Below, in pieces: positions 25,079 to 35,388 of a stretch of 64,000 bases of DNA. Origin of the DNA: Candidatus Shapirobacteria bacterium (GTDB lineage: Bacteria > Patescibacteriota > Microgenomatia > UBA12405). Position numbers and translations under genes: made by a program. The notes beneath the pieces were generated by a model, which had not been told where the DNA came from, ran no database searches, and saw only the letters and a program-made list of their open reading frames with translations. Numbering within the stretch: position 1 is the stretch's first letter; each line of letters opens with the position of its first letter. The stretch spans positions 53,019 through 117,018 of the forward strand of contig JAGOQF010000001.1 of NCBI GenBank assembly GCA_017991615.1, written 5' to 3'.

Positions 25079-25393
25079 TTAAAAATTAATTTTTGAAATC
25101 TGAATTTCGGTTAGTTGGGGTCGGAAACCTTTAGTTTTGCGATATCTTGATTTAGCTTTGTATCGGAAAACACGAACTTTTTTACCTTTATAATTTTTGA
25201 GAACAGTAAAATCAACAGTAGCACCTTTGACAATTGGAGTACCGACTTTAATATTCTTGTCGTCGGCGACTAGCAGGACTTGATTAGTACTGCTTTTATT
25301 ACCTTCTTTTAGATTGAGATTGTTGGTAGATAGTTTCTGGTTTTCAGTAACTTTAAATTGAGAACCAGAAAGGGCAATAACGGCGTATTTCAT
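25079..25393 (-). CDS. rplU: 50S ribosomal protein L21
   Basis: MKYAVIALSGSQFKV...; start set at the internal Met matching the L21 N-terminus. Confidence 0.8.
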   Translation of the reverse strand: MKYAVIALSGSQFKVTENQKLSTNNLNLKEGNKSSTNQVLLVADDKNIKVGTPIVKGATVDFTVLKNYKGKKVRVFRYKAKSRYRKTKGFRPQLTEIQISKINF

Positions 25394-25431
25394 ACTTTTG
25401 TAGTATAACACAGGAAAAAAGGTTGACAAGA

Positions 25432-26430
25432 TTATGAGGAATAGATGATACCGATGGAAAAAAGCAGGGTTAAAATAGATGATCCACCGACGGAAAGGAA
25501 TGGTAGAGGAATTCCGGTGATAGGAAGAATACCGATATTCATTCCGATATTAACAAAAACCTGCATCCAAATTTGAAGAGTAATGCCGAGAGTAAATAAA
25601 AATAGAACCCGGTTATTGCGAACCAGAAAGGCTTTGTCTAAAAGAGTTTTGATAAGAAAATAGTAGGCGGTTAAAATGATAAATATACCAACAAAACCAA
25701 GTTCTTCGGCAGTGGCAGCAAACATAAAATCAGTGTGTTTTTCGGGGAGGAACAAAAGTTGTCCTTGTGTCCCTTTTTTGTAACCTTTGCCAAGAAAGCC
25801 GCCAGAGCCAATGGCTATTTTTGACTGAATAACATTGTAACCTTTATCGAGTGGATCTGAGGCAGGATTGAGAAAAGTAACAATTCTTTCTTTTTGGTAA
25901 TCATGAAGAGCGAAGTTATAAATCATGGGCGAGATAACTAAAAAAATAGTGGTAATAACTAGAGAAATTTTAAGGAATTTTGGATTATAAATAATAATTG
26001 GAGCCATGAGAAATAAAACTGATAAAGCACTGCCAAGGTCAGGTTGGAGAGCGATTATGCCGACAGGGATAAGGTGAAGGAGAGGAAATTTGGTATTGCT
26101 TAAAAATAGTAATAACCAGGGTTTGACAATCTCTGAAGGTTGAATAGAAACGAAACCAAGATCAATCCAGCGACAGGAACCTCGAGTGATAGAATTTAGA
26201 ACGATAGGAAGTAAAAGCAGAGCGCAACTAGTAAAGAAGATTAGTCGTTTAGAGGAAGAAATTTGTTTAGGATTTATTTGACGACCGATAAAAAACAAGA
26301 TTAAACCGATAATCCAGGCGATAAGTTGTTTTTTGACTAAATTTGGTGCCAGAGAGCTGACCATAAGAATATTGATAGCAAATAAAAAAACTAGGCTGAT
26401 TAAAACTGGTAACCAAGGAGATTTAGACAT
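25432..26430 (-). CDS. SEDS family protein (RodA/FtsW-like peptidoglycan glycosyltransferase)
   Basis: KHTDFMFAATAEELGFVG and C-terminal GGSSILTLL, ten TM helices. Confidence 0.8.
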   Translation of the reverse strand: MSKSPWLPVLISLVFLFAINILMVSSLAPNLVKKQLIAWIIGLILFFIGRQINPKQISSSKRLIFFTSCALLLLPIVLNSITRGSCRWIDLGFVSIQPSEIVKPWLLLFLSNTKFPLLHLIPVGIIALQPDLGSALSVLFLMAPIIIYNPKFLKISLVITTIFLVISPMIYNFALHDYQKERIVTFLNPASDPLDKGYNVIQSKIAIGSGGFLGKGYKKGTQGQLLFLPEKHTDFMFAATAEELGFVGIFIILTAYYFLIKTLLDKAFLVRNNRVLFLFTLGITLQIWMQVFVNIGMNIGILPITGIPLPFLSVGGSSILTLLFSIGIIYSS

Positions 26431-26439
26431 TAATAAATT

Positions 26440-29247
26440 TTAGCTGACTTTTTCGATTTTTAGTTGATCAGCTTTAGTGATAGATTCAGCTAGAGTTTTA
26501 GATTTGATTTCAGCCTCAAAATCTGAAGGCCAATTTGGTGAATAAATGTTGATTTTGTCTTTAAGATTAAGGTTTAATTCTTTTCGTAGATTTTGGATTT
26601 GTCTGACTAGATCTCGGGCATCACCTTCAGCTTTTAGTTGGGGAGTAATGTTGGTATCCAAATCAATGGTTAAACTTTTGTTGGATTTGATAAATTTAAT
26701 ATCTTTGACATTGATTTCGTTTTTGATGATTTCAATTAAGTCTTGGTTAAGTTTCAAATTTTGAGACGAAGAAACTGTTAGCAGTGATAGTGGTTGGCGG
26801 GTACTAATTTGTTTGGTTTTACGAATCATATTTCCTTGTTCACAGATTTGTTGGATTAAAAACATATCGTTGGTGATTTTTTGATCGATAGGTTTGGTTT
26901 CGGGGTAAAATTCCAAATGAATGGATTCTGGTTTGGTTGGGTCGATAGGAATAACTAAATTTTGCCAAAAATATTCGGTAATAAAAGGAATTATGGGAGC
27001 AGTCGAAAGGCTGAATTGGATAATGACTTGCCAAAGGGTTTGAAGAGCTTTGGTATCGCCAGAGACAAACCGATCGCGGGATTGGCGGATATACCAGCGT
27101 GATAAATCGTTGACAAACGGTTCGATAGATCTGGTGGCGGTAACCAAGTTATATTTTTCAAGTGATTGACTGATATGATGAGTAAGATTATTAGCTTGAT
27201 TAATAATCCAACGGTCAAGTGGATGATCGGATTCAGGGGCGTCTTTTTGAGGAGACCATTGATGGAGATTGGCGTAGGTAATAAAGTATTTGAAGGAATT
27301 AAATAAAGGTAGGAGAATATTTTTATATTGATTTTCAAATTCTTTTTCGTCGATGTTGATATTTTCACTGACCATAACGACACTGCTCATAAGACAAAGT
27401 CGGTAAGCATCACCACCATATTGTTGGAGAGTGGTTTTGGGATCGGGATAATTTTTGAGTAGTTTGCTCATTTTACGACCGTCATTGCCCATAATGACAC
27501 CGGTAACGACACAATTTTTGAAAGATTCGGAATCGAAGAGAGCGTTGGATAGGACATGAAGGGTATAGAACCAACCTCTGGTTTGAGCAATATATTCGAT
27601 GATATAGTCTGCGGGGAAACTTTTTTTAAAAAGATCTTTATTTTCGAATGGATAGTGAAATTGGGCATAGGGCATGGAGCCAGATTCGAACCAGCAATCT
27701 AAGACTTCGGGAACGCGATGAACAGTTTGATGGCATTTATCGCATTTTATAGTGATTTCATCAATGTCTGGTTTGTGAAGGTTGGTGATTTTTTGGCCTG
27801 ATTTGGTTTCCAGATCAGCAATACTTGAGGGGACGTATCGATAACCGCAGCTACATTCCCAAATAGGAATAGGAGAAGCCCAATATCTGGATCGAGATAA
27901 ACACCAGTCGGGAGCAGTGCTTATCCCCTGTCCAAAGCGACCATCTTTGATATGATCAGGGATCCAATTAATTTTTTGGTTGGTGGCAATCATTTGATCT
28001 TTAATTTTTTGAACATCAAGATACCAAGCATTTTGAGTTTTGTAGATTAAAGGGGTGTTGCAGCGATAACAAAAAGGATAACTATGATTGATAGTTTCTT
28101 GTTTTAAGAGTAGTTTTCTGGATTTAAGATCGTCAATAATCAACGGATCGGCTTTTTTGACAAATAAATTAGCAAAGGGAGTGACGGTGGAACTGATTTT
28201 ACCTTCATCGTCGACGTGGCTGATAACTGACAGGTTGACAGATTTTCCTAAAGCGGCGTCGTCTTCGCCAAAACCGGGAGCGATGTGAACAACTCCGGTA
28301 CCTTCAGTCATAGTAACTAAATCACCGTGATAAATATGATAGTCGTTTGGAGTGGTATCGTAAAAATGATACAGGGGTTCGTACTCTAAACCAACAAGAT
28401 CTTTACCGGAGAATTCTTTGATGATTTTGTAATCAGTGTGATTAAAAACGGCTTCAATTCTGGATTTGGCAAAAATAAGAGTTTGATTGTCGGCAATAAC
28501 TTCGACATAGGTTTCATTTTGGTTGACTGCTAAGGCTAAATTGGCGGGTAATGTCCAAGGAGTGGTGGTCCAGGCAATGATATATTTATCTTGATTTTTT
28601 AGTTTAAATTTGATGAAAATTGCCGGATCATCAACCATCTTGTAGGAGTTATCCATGGCAATTTCAAAATTTGACAGAGGTGTGGAACATCGGGGACAAA
28701 AAAGCGATACCCGATGGCTTTTGTAGATAAGACCACGGCGATAGATTTCGGAAAATGACCACATAACACTTTCCATATAATCTAAATCCATGGTTTTGTA
28801 GGCATTTTCAAAATCAACCCAGCGACCGGTGCGATCGATGTACCAAGGCCATTCTTTGGAAACGTTTTGGACATAAGAATAACAGGCGTCAATATATTTT
28901 CGGATGCCGATAGCTTCAATATCTTTTTTACTTTTAAGTCCTAAAAGTTCTTCGACTTTATTTTCGGCGGGGAGACCGTGACAATCCCAACCCCAAACTC
29001 GTCGAACTCGTTTGCCTTTCATAGTCCAGTAGCGAGGAATGATATCTTTGGCAATTCCTGGCAAAAGACTGCCATGGTGAGGAGTCCCGGTGATAAAAGG
29101 CGGACCATCGTAAAAACTGTAGTTGTTATCTTTTGGGCGTGAAGAAACTGATTTTTCAAAAATTTTTTTATCTTTCCAAAACTTTATAGTTTCTTCTTCA
29201 AGATTAGTGAGTTTGATATTTTGAGGGATATTTTTAAATTTAGACAT
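26440..29247 (-). CDS. ileS: Isoleucyl-tRNA synthetase
   Basis: Class I aaRS, 935 aa. KMSKL motif (GRKMSKLLKNYPDP), editing domain, Zn-finger-like C-terminal Cys pairs. HIGH-region variant TPHHGS. Confidence 0.9.
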   Translation of the reverse strand: MSKFKNIPQNIKLTNLEEETIKFWKDKKIFEKSVSSRPKDNNYSFYDGPPFITGTPHHGSLLPGIAKDIIPRYWTMKGKRVRRVWGWDCHGLPAENKVEELLGLKSKKDIEAIGIRKYIDACYSYVQNVSKEWPWYIDRTGRWVDFENAYKTMDLDYMESVMWSFSEIYRRGLIYKSHRVSLFCPRCSTPLSNFEIAMDNSYKMVDDPAIFIKFKLKNQDKYIIAWTTTPWTLPANLALAVNQNETYVEVIADNQTLIFAKSRIEAVFNHTDYKIIKEFSGKDLVGLEYEPLYHFYDTTPNDYHIYHGDLVTMTEGTGVVHIAPGFGEDDAALGKSVNLSVISHVDDEGKISSTVTPFANLFVKKADPLIIDDLKSRKLLLKQETINHSYPFCYRCNTPLIYKTQNAWYLDVQKIKDQMIATNQKINWIPDHIKDGRFGQGISTAPDWCLSRSRYWASPIPIWECSCGYRYVPSSIADLETKSGQKITNLHKPDIDEITIKCDKCHQTVHRVPEVLDCWFESGSMPYAQFHYPFENKDLFKKSFPADYIIEYIAQTRGWFYTLHVLSNALFDSESFKNCVVTGVIMGNDGRKMSKLLKNYPDPKTTLQQYGGDAYRLCLMSSVVMVSENINIDEKEFENQYKNILLPLFNSFKYFITYANLHQWSPQKDAPESDHPLDRWIINQANNLTHHISQSLEKYNLVTATRSIEPFVNDLSRWYIRQSRDRFVSGDTKALQTLWQVIIQFSLSTAPIIPFITEYFWQNLVIPIDPTKPESIHLEFYPETKPIDQKITNDMFLIQQICEQGNMIRKTKQISTRQPLSLLTVSSSQNLKLNQDLIEIIKNEINVKDIKFIKSNKSLTIDLDTNITPQLKAEGDARDLVRQIQNLRKELNLNLKDKINIYSPNWPSDFEAEIKSKTLAESITKADQLKIEKVS

Positions 29248-29294
29248 ATTTATCTTGAGAGATGATTATATAACAAAATTAGGTTTGAGTAAAT

Positions 29295-30458
29295 TTAGCC
29301 TTTTTTTCTGAGAAAGGCAGGAATGTCAAACTCGTCAACAATATCAACTCCGGCGGGAATTTCTTTGTCGCCTAAGAATTTTTCGATATCTTTGTTGTCA
29401 ATGGGGGTGGGTTGAGTCTCTTCAGTTTTGGTTTGAGGAAGGGGGTTTGATTCAACTACAGGGGTGGGTTTTTTAAGAGATTGATAAAAATTGGCTTTAG
29501 TAGTGTCAAAGCCAGTGGCGATAACAGAAATTTTGATTTTACCTTTGAGTTCATGATCAATGGTGGCACCAAAGATAATGTTGGCGTCGGGAGCAGCTCT
29601 TTGGGTGATATTTTTGGCTGACTCTTCGATTTCGGCCATAGTTAGGTCGGGTCCGCCGGTGACATTGATGAGAACCCCCCTGGCGCCTTCAATAGTGGCT
29701 TCGACTAGTGGTGATTCAATGGCGGCTTCAACGGCTTTTCTAGCTCTGTCTTCACCGTCGGCTTCGCCAACTCCCATGAGGGCAGAACCAGCATTGCTCA
29801 TAACGGATTTTATGTCAGCAAAATCGAGATTAATAAGTCCGGGAACGGTAATTAGGTCGGCAATGGCTTTGGTGCCTTTGTTAAGAACTGAGTCAGCGAT
29901 TTTGAAGGCTTCAAGCAAAGTGGCTTTGTCGTTGACTACTTCCATAACTTTTTGGTTGGGAATTACGATTAAGGTGTCGACGTGATTGCGGAGTTGAGAA
30001 ATTCCCTCTTCGGCGTTGGTCATGCGGCGGGTACCTTCAAAAAGAAAAGGTTTAGTAACGACAGCAATAGTTAGAATACCTAACTCTTTTTTGGAAATTT
30101 CGGCAATAATTGGGGCCGCTCCAGTACAAGTGCCACCGCCCATACCACCGGTGATAAAAACCATATCGGTACCAACAAGCATTTCTTTGATTCTTTCTCT
30201 TGATTCTTCAGCGGCTTTTTGACCCATTTGTGGATTACCACCAGCGCCTAGACCTTTGGTTAATTTCTCACCAATTTGGATTTTGATAGAAGCTTGAGAA
30301 TTTAACAGGGCTTGAGAGTCAGTATTGACAGCAATAAAATCGACACCTTTGATACTGTCTTCAGCAATCATAGAATTGATAGCGTTGTTACCACCGCCAC
30401 CAATACCGATGACTTTAATTTTAGCAAATTGTCCGGCGAGAGTTTTTATCAGGGCCAT
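29295..30458 (-). CDS. ftsZ: Cell division GTPase FtsZ
   Basis: GIGGGGNNAIN and tubulin signature GGGTCTGAAP. Confidence 0.95.
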   Translation of the reverse strand: MALIKTLAGQFAKIKVIGIGGGGNNAINSMIAEDSIKGVDFIAVNTDSQALLNSQASIKIQIGEKLTKGLGAGGNPQMGQKAAEESRERIKEMLVGTDMVFITGGMGGGTCTGAAPIIAEISKKELGILTIAVVTKPFLFEGTRRMTNAEEGISQLRNHVDTLIVIPNQKVMEVVNDKATLLEAFKIADSVLNKGTKAIADLITVPGLINLDFADIKSVMSNAGSALMGVGEADGEDRARKAVEAAIESPLVEATIEGARGVLINVTGGPDLTMAEIEESAKNITQRAAPDANIIFGATIDHELKGKIKISVIATGFDTTKANFYQSLKKPTPVVESNPLPQTKTEETQPTPIDNKDIEKFLGDKEIPAGVDIVDEFDIPAFLRKKG

Positions 30459-30459
30459 A

Positions 30460-31707
30460 TCAAGGCATTAGAGGTTCGATTAATTTTTTAATTTTTCCGA
30501 ATATAGTGCCGACTTGAATTTTTGGTCTTTTGACTGACGTGGCGGTTATTTTTTTATTTTCATTGATAAACATAAGCAAACCAATGGCGCTACTGTAAGC
30601 AGGATTGATAATGTCATCGATAATGCCACCAACTTTTGGTGGGCTGGCAATTCGTAAAGGTAGAGGAATAACCTTTTCACAGACTTCTTTGATATTGATG
30701 GTTTGAGCTCCGCCTCCGGTGAGAACAATTCCAGCGGGAATGGTTTGATGGAATCCACTTTCTTCTATTTTGTCGTAAATTAGGTGAAATAATTCTTCAA
30801 GCCGAGGATTGATAATGCCATTGATGGCGGTGCGGAGGGAAATTTTTCTTTTGTCATCGGCGGGAAGTCCAAAACTGGAAAGATCAACTTCATCTTCAAA
30901 TTTTTTGGAATCATTAACTTTATTAAGACGGAGTTTAATTTTTTCGGCATCTTCAAGAGAGAATCTGAGACCGATAGCTAGATCGTTGGTAACATTACTG
31001 CCACCGACAGGAATGACGGAGGAATAGACAGGGGAACCTTCATTAAAAATAGTAATGGTGGTAATACTGCCACCAATGTCGACAAGAGCAACCCCAAGTT
31101 CTTTTTCGGTTTCAGTGAGAGTAGATTTGGCGGTGGCCAGACCAGAGTAAACTAATTGATCAATTTTGATACCGATATCTTCAAGACATTTTTTGAGATT
31201 TTTGAGAGAAGGGGTAGAGGCGATAATAATGTGAGATTCGACTTCAAGGCGGACTCCATTCATACCAATAGGATCAACGACACCTTCTTGACCATCAACG
31301 GTGTAACGAATGGGGATAATATGAATAATTTCTTTGCCGTTGGGAATAGCAACAGCTTTGGCAGCTTCGATGACACGATCAATATCGGTGGCTTCAATTT
31401 CATTGTTGGGACTACTGATGGCCACTACTCCATGTGAGTTAATAGATTCGATATATGGGGCTGATAAACAGATGGAGGCTGAATTTATCTGAAAACCAGC
31501 CATTCTTTCGGCTGATTCTATACTTTGGACGATGGTCGAAGTAGCTTGTTCTAAGTTGATAATTTGGCCTTTACGAAAACCTAAAGACGGGATTGAGGAG
31601 ACGGCAATAATATTAAATTTATCTTCATTATCGGAGTATTGACCGATAATAGTGGTTATTTTTGAGGTACCAATATCGATACCGCTAATTATTTTTGAAT
31701 GTGACAT
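30460..31707 (-). CDS. ftsA: Cell division protein FtsA
   Basis: Actin-like ATPase; GIDIGTSKI, DIGGSITTITIF. Confidence 0.9.
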   Translation of the reverse strand: MSHSKIISGIDIGTSKITTIIGQYSDNEDKFNIIAVSSIPSLGFRKGQIINLEQATSTIVQSIESAERMAGFQINSASICLSAPYIESINSHGVVAISSPNNEIEATDIDRVIEAAKAVAIPNGKEIIHIIPIRYTVDGQEGVVDPIGMNGVRLEVESHIIIASTPSLKNLKKCLEDIGIKIDQLVYSGLATAKSTLTETEKELGVALVDIGGSITTITIFNEGSPVYSSVIPVGGSNVTNDLAIGLRFSLEDAEKIKLRLNKVNDSKKFEDEVDLSSFGLPADDKRKISLRTAINGIINPRLEELFHLIYDKIEESGFHQTIPAGIVLTGGGAQTINIKEVCEKVIPLPLRIASPPKVGGIIDDIINPAYSSAIGLLMFINENKKITATSVKRPKIQVGTIFGKIKKLIEPLMP

Positions 31708-32062
31708 ATGGTTTGACAGGGCTTAGGTCAACAAGCATTAATTGTTGTTGATTCATTTTAGCGGTTTTTAGTAATTCTTGCAAAGAAGAAATCTGCCAAA
31801 ATGGGTCTTTTTGGCTGGAGAGAATAACTCGAATGGGTTGAGAAGAAGATTGAACATAAAATTCAACTTGGTGATGAAAGTCTCTAACGTCAATAGATGA
31901 TGTTTCTAAATGACTTGTTTTTAGGGCTAGATTTAGTTTTTGATAAAAGTCACTTTGATTGGCGACAGGATTAAAGCTTTCTGGTGGGCGAATATTGGTG
32001 GTGACAAAAATAAAAAGGCTGACGAGAGAAAAAAGCAGAACAGTGATTTTAAATAATTTCAT
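31685..32062 (-). CDS. Short FtsQ/DivIB-like membrane-anchored protein
   Basis: TM helix plus ~95-aa domain, located between murG and ftsA where ftsQ normally sits. Confidence 0.4.
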   Translation of the reverse strand: MKLFKITVLLFSLVSLFIFVTTNIRPPESFNPVANQSDFYQKLNLALKTSHLETSSIDVRDFHHQVEFYVQSSSQPIRVILSSQKDPFWQISSLQELLKTAKMNQQQLMLVDLSPVKPYVTFKNN

Positions 32063-33137
32063 AAATTAATTTAAGAAGTTTTTGGTTGGGTTTAATTTTT
32101 GTTTTGACAATTTGGTTTGGAATTTGAGACAGTTGATTGATAGCTGATAATAGACTCTTTGGGGTAAGATCTTTTTGATTGATAATTATGGTTTGCTTAT
32201 TTAATTTTTTTTGAACCCAGAGAGCATTGAGAAGTTGTTCATCTTGTTGACTTTGAGGTAAGGGAATCAAAATTGATTTTTTAGAGAAAGCCACAATTTC
32301 TTGACTGGTGTTGGCGCCAGCACGACCAATAATGATATCGGCAAAATTTATAATCCAGGCAAAATCTTGGGTATCAAAGTAGTCGGAAGCAAAATAGTTA
32401 GATTTATTTATTTTTTTAAATAAAGGTAAATCTGATTTACCGGTTTGATGAATTATATTGTAATTATCAAGTTTTTTAATAAGAGATTTAATGCAGAGGT
32501 TAATACTATGAGAACCTTGATTGCCAGCGGTGATATAGATTAAAGGAAGGTGTTTTTTGAAATTTATTTTTTGGGGGCGTTGGGGGTGAGGTTGAAACAG
32601 TTGAGATCTAAGTAAATTGCCAGTGATGGCTATTTTTGATGAAGGTAATTGAGTCATTTGACGTTCGTTTTCAAAAGAGAGAGCGATTTTATCAACAAAA
32701 CGGCTGTTAATTTTAGTAGTTAAGCTGTTGGTTAGGGTTTGTTCGTGGGTAATGGTTTTGATATTTTTTAGACGGGCGTTAATAATGACGGGGACAGAAA
32801 CATAACCACCGAATGAAACTACAATTTGCGGTTTTATTTTTTTAATAAGACGATAGGATTGAAAAAAGCCATAAATGGTTTTTGGAATGCCAGCAAGAGT
32901 GTTAGGCCAATAGCGTCGGTCGAATTTACCGCAGTAAATTGGGTAAAATTTTATCCCTAGATTAGGAATGACTTTTGATTCAATTGAAGTATCGTTGATA
33001 TTGTTGGAATTGGAATGACGACCAAGATAATTAATTTGCCAGTTAGTTTTTGGATCTGACTGGAGTTGTCGGATTAGTTCGAGAGCGGGAGTGAGATGAG
33101 TGCCGGTGATGATAATGGTTTTTTTTGGTTTGGTCAT
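32049..33137 (-). CDS. murG: Undecaprenyldiphospho-muramoylpentapeptide beta-N-acetylglucosaminyltransferase
   Basis: GT28 fold. C-terminal IIGRAGANTSQEIVAF...IPLP matches MurG. dcw context. Confidence 0.75.
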   Translation of the reverse strand: MTKPKKTIIITGTHLTPALELIRQLQSDPKTNWQINYLGRHSNSNNINDTSIESKVIPNLGIKFYPIYCGKFDRRYWPNTLAGIPKTIYGFFQSYRLIKKIKPQIVVSFGGYVSVPVIINARLKNIKTITHEQTLTNSLTTKINSRFVDKIALSFENERQMTQLPSSKIAITGNLLRSQLFQPHPQRPQKINFKKHLPLIYITAGNQGSHSINLCIKSLIKKLDNYNIIHQTGKSDLPLFKKINKSNYFASDYFDTQDFAWIINFADIIIGRAGANTSQEIVAFSKKSILIPLPQSQQDEQLLNALWVQKKLNKQTIIINQKDLTPKSLLSAINQLSQIPNQIVKTKIKPNQKLLKLIYEII

Positions 33138-34236
33138 TATCAGAGTATAGCAGCAGTGAGTGGTTTTTTTCGACGTTACGAACTAGACCAATGGCAGTCA
33201 TCAGTGTTAAAAGAGAGGAGCCACCATAGGAGACAAAGGGTAAAGGTACACCAGTTAATGGGATAATGTTGGCAATGGCGGAGATATTTATTAATCCTTG
33301 ATATCCGATCCAACAAGCAATGCCGGCAACTAAAAGTGAGGAGAAAGTGTCCTGATGAACTAAAGAAGCCAGTTTAATAAGGTAAGTCAAAAGGAGAATA
33401 TAAATTAAGATAAGGGTGAAAGTACCTAAAAATCCGGTTTCTTCACCGATAATGGCTAGAATAGAATCGGTGGATATTTTGGGAAGAAAGCGGTATTTTT
33501 GGTCAGAGTTGGCAAAACCTTTACCAAAAAATCCGCCAGATGAAAGAGATAAGATGATTTGACTGTTATGGTAAGAGGTGGTTTCTAATTCTTGATCGGG
33601 ATTGAGAAAAGTCTGTAGTCGTGCCAGGCGATAAGGTGAATTGATGATTAGAATAAAAGAAAGACCAATAAGACCTAAACAAAGTAGAAATAGAGGAATA
33701 ACTTTGCCACCAGATAAATAAAAAATGGAAATGATGATGGCTGAAACTAGAATGGCAGTGCTAAGATTTGGTTGAATAATTATGAGGGTAAAAATTATAA
33801 AGAGATGGATAATGAGATTGGTAAAATTACGTTTTGATGGTTGGGTAAATAGGTAAGAAAAATAGAGAACTGAACTAAGTTTAAGTAATTCGGAAGGTTG
33901 GAAACTTAATGGGCCGAGATTGAGCCAGCGGCTGGCGCCAAGAGTTTGATGACTAAATCCTGGGATTAAAACTAGAATTAATCCTAAAATTGATAGAAAA
34001 TAGATGATTGGGGAAAGTTTTTTAATAGAATCGAGTTTAATTTTTGAGGCAATATAAAAGGCTACTAAGCTGATAGATAACCAAAAAAATTGTTTTCTGA
34101 GGAAATAGAATTTGTCACCAGTAGTGATGTTGGCTTCAGTGAGGGAAGAAATAGAAATAAAAATAATACCGGTGATGACGAGAAAAAAAACTAGAGGTAG
34201 AAGTGGAGATTTAGTTAGTTTCATGGAGCAGGTCAA
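33043..34236 (-). CDS. ftsW: SEDS protein FtsW
   Basis: FGKGFANSDQKYRFLPKISTDSILAIIGEETGFLG; dcw context next to murG. Confidence 0.8.
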   Translation of the reverse strand: MTCSMKLTKSPLLPLVFFLVITGIIFISISSLTEANITTGDKFYFLRKQFFWLSISLVAFYIASKIKLDSIKKLSPIIYFLSILGLILVLIPGFSHQTLGASRWLNLGPLSFQPSELLKLSSVLYFSYLFTQPSKRNFTNLIIHLFIIFTLIIIQPNLSTAILVSAIIISIFYLSGGKVIPLFLLCLGLIGLSFILIINSPYRLARLQTFLNPDQELETTSYHNSQIILSLSSGGFFGKGFANSDQKYRFLPKISTDSILAIIGEETGFLGTFTLILIYILLLTYLIKLASLVHQDTFSSLLVAGIACWIGYQGLINISAIANIIPLTGVPLPFVSYGGSSLLTLMTAIGLVRNVEKNHSLLLYSDNDQTKKNHYHHRHSSHSRSRTNPTTPVRSKN

Positions 34237-35386
34237 TAATATGAGGAGGAATAGTCACTGGATTGGTAGATTGACTGAAGGCAACAAAGTCGTTGTATTT
34301 TTTAATGGTTTGATTACTTTTATTTTTTAAGGTAATTTCGGAACCGATAATGTCAGTTTGGTTAATTAACTGTTGATGTTGATTAATATCAATATGAGGA
34401 TTTAGATTGGTAAATTCGGCAAGATGGAACAAAAATAAGGGGTTGAGAGAGTGATTAATTTCGATACGAGTATAAAAAGCAAAGGAGGCAGTCAGTCGTG
34501 GGTTACATTCCAGTAGATAAACTGAATTTTGATTGACAAAAAAGTCTAAACCAAAAAAGCCGCGGTAGTTTAATGATTTTATAAGTTGACTAAATTCTTG
34601 GGTGATTTTAATAACTTGCTGATTAATATTTTGGGGAGCCATAGATGGCCATTGACGACCAACGGTAGTAAAGGGATTTGGGGTTAAAGTTTTAAGACCG
34701 GTGTATTGTAGGGCAGGTGGGCTTTGGATAAGTCCTGATGAAGTTAGACAACAATTGTTAATGAGTGAATAACCTTGTAAGAGAGGTGAAAATTTGACAG
34801 TAGTTTCGGAAGGAATTTTATCAGAAACATCGTGCCAATTTTCGGCTAAATGAGTGCTGTTGCCTGCCCAACCAAAATGGGTTTGGATGACTAATTTAGA
34901 ATCTAGTTTTTGTTGATATTTAGTAAAATTTGATTGATTAAATTTATCAATAAAACCTTTGATTATAGGCAGGTTATTTTTTTGGCAAAAGTTAAAAAAT
35001 TCATTTTTATTTTCAAGAAAACGATTGAGTTGATGGGAAACAGCGGCACAAATCCAATTATGTTGACGGCAGATAATTTCGATTTTTGCTGAAGGTTTAA
35101 AAGGAATAATAACTGGAGTTTTTTTGCCGGCAGTGGAATTGATATAGTTGATAACTTGGGGCGAAGATAGTAGTCGACCGGTATTTTTTTGAGCTAGGGA
35201 AATATTTTTTTCTTCAAGACAAAAATAAGGAATTTGTTGTTGTCTAAGTGAAGTAAAAATGGGACTGCTAAAAGCGTAAATGAGGTGAAAATTTTTCAGT
35301 TGAGGTAATTGGATGTCCAGGAAGTTGTCAACAACTAAAAAATAAAAAATATAGTTTGACTGATTAAGAATTTCAAATAAATCCAT
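34211..35386 (-). CDS. ATP-grasp family ligase (divergent: Ddl-like / carboxylate-amine ligase)
   Basis: C-terminal RGFFGLDFFVNQNSVYLLECNPRLTAS matches the ATP-grasp motif (D..F....G..YLLE.N..P..T). Confidence 0.6.
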   Translation of the reverse strand: MDLFEILNQSNYIFYFLVVDNFLDIQLPQLKNFHLIYAFSSPIFTSLRQQQIPYFCLEEKNISLAQKNTGRLLSSPQVINYINSTAGKKTPVIIPFKPSAKIEIICRQHNWICAAVSHQLNRFLENKNEFFNFCQKNNLPIIKGFIDKFNQSNFTKYQQKLDSKLVIQTHFGWAGNSTHLAENWHDVSDKIPSETTVKFSPLLQGYSLINNCCLTSSGLIQSPPALQYTGLKTLTPNPFTTVGRQWPSMAPQNINQQVIKITQEFSQLIKSLNYRGFFGLDFFVNQNSVYLLECNPRLTASFAFYTRIEINHSLNPLFLFHLAEFTNLNPHIDINQHQQLINQTDIIGSEITLKNKSNQTIKKYNDFVAFSQSTNPVTIPPHIIDLLHETN

Positions 35387-35388
35387 AG

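Noticed and set aside
26546-28288. Short ORFs on both strands inside ileS
   Set aside because: These are embedded in the ileS coding sequence with no independent signals.
34211-35386. ATP-grasp enzyme as canonical D-Ala-D-Ala ligase
   Set aside because: The C-terminal motif (LECNPRLT) is shorter than the Ddl EVNTxPGxT signature and equally resembles biotin-carboxylase-type ATP-grasp enzymes. It is left as a generic ATP-grasp ligase.
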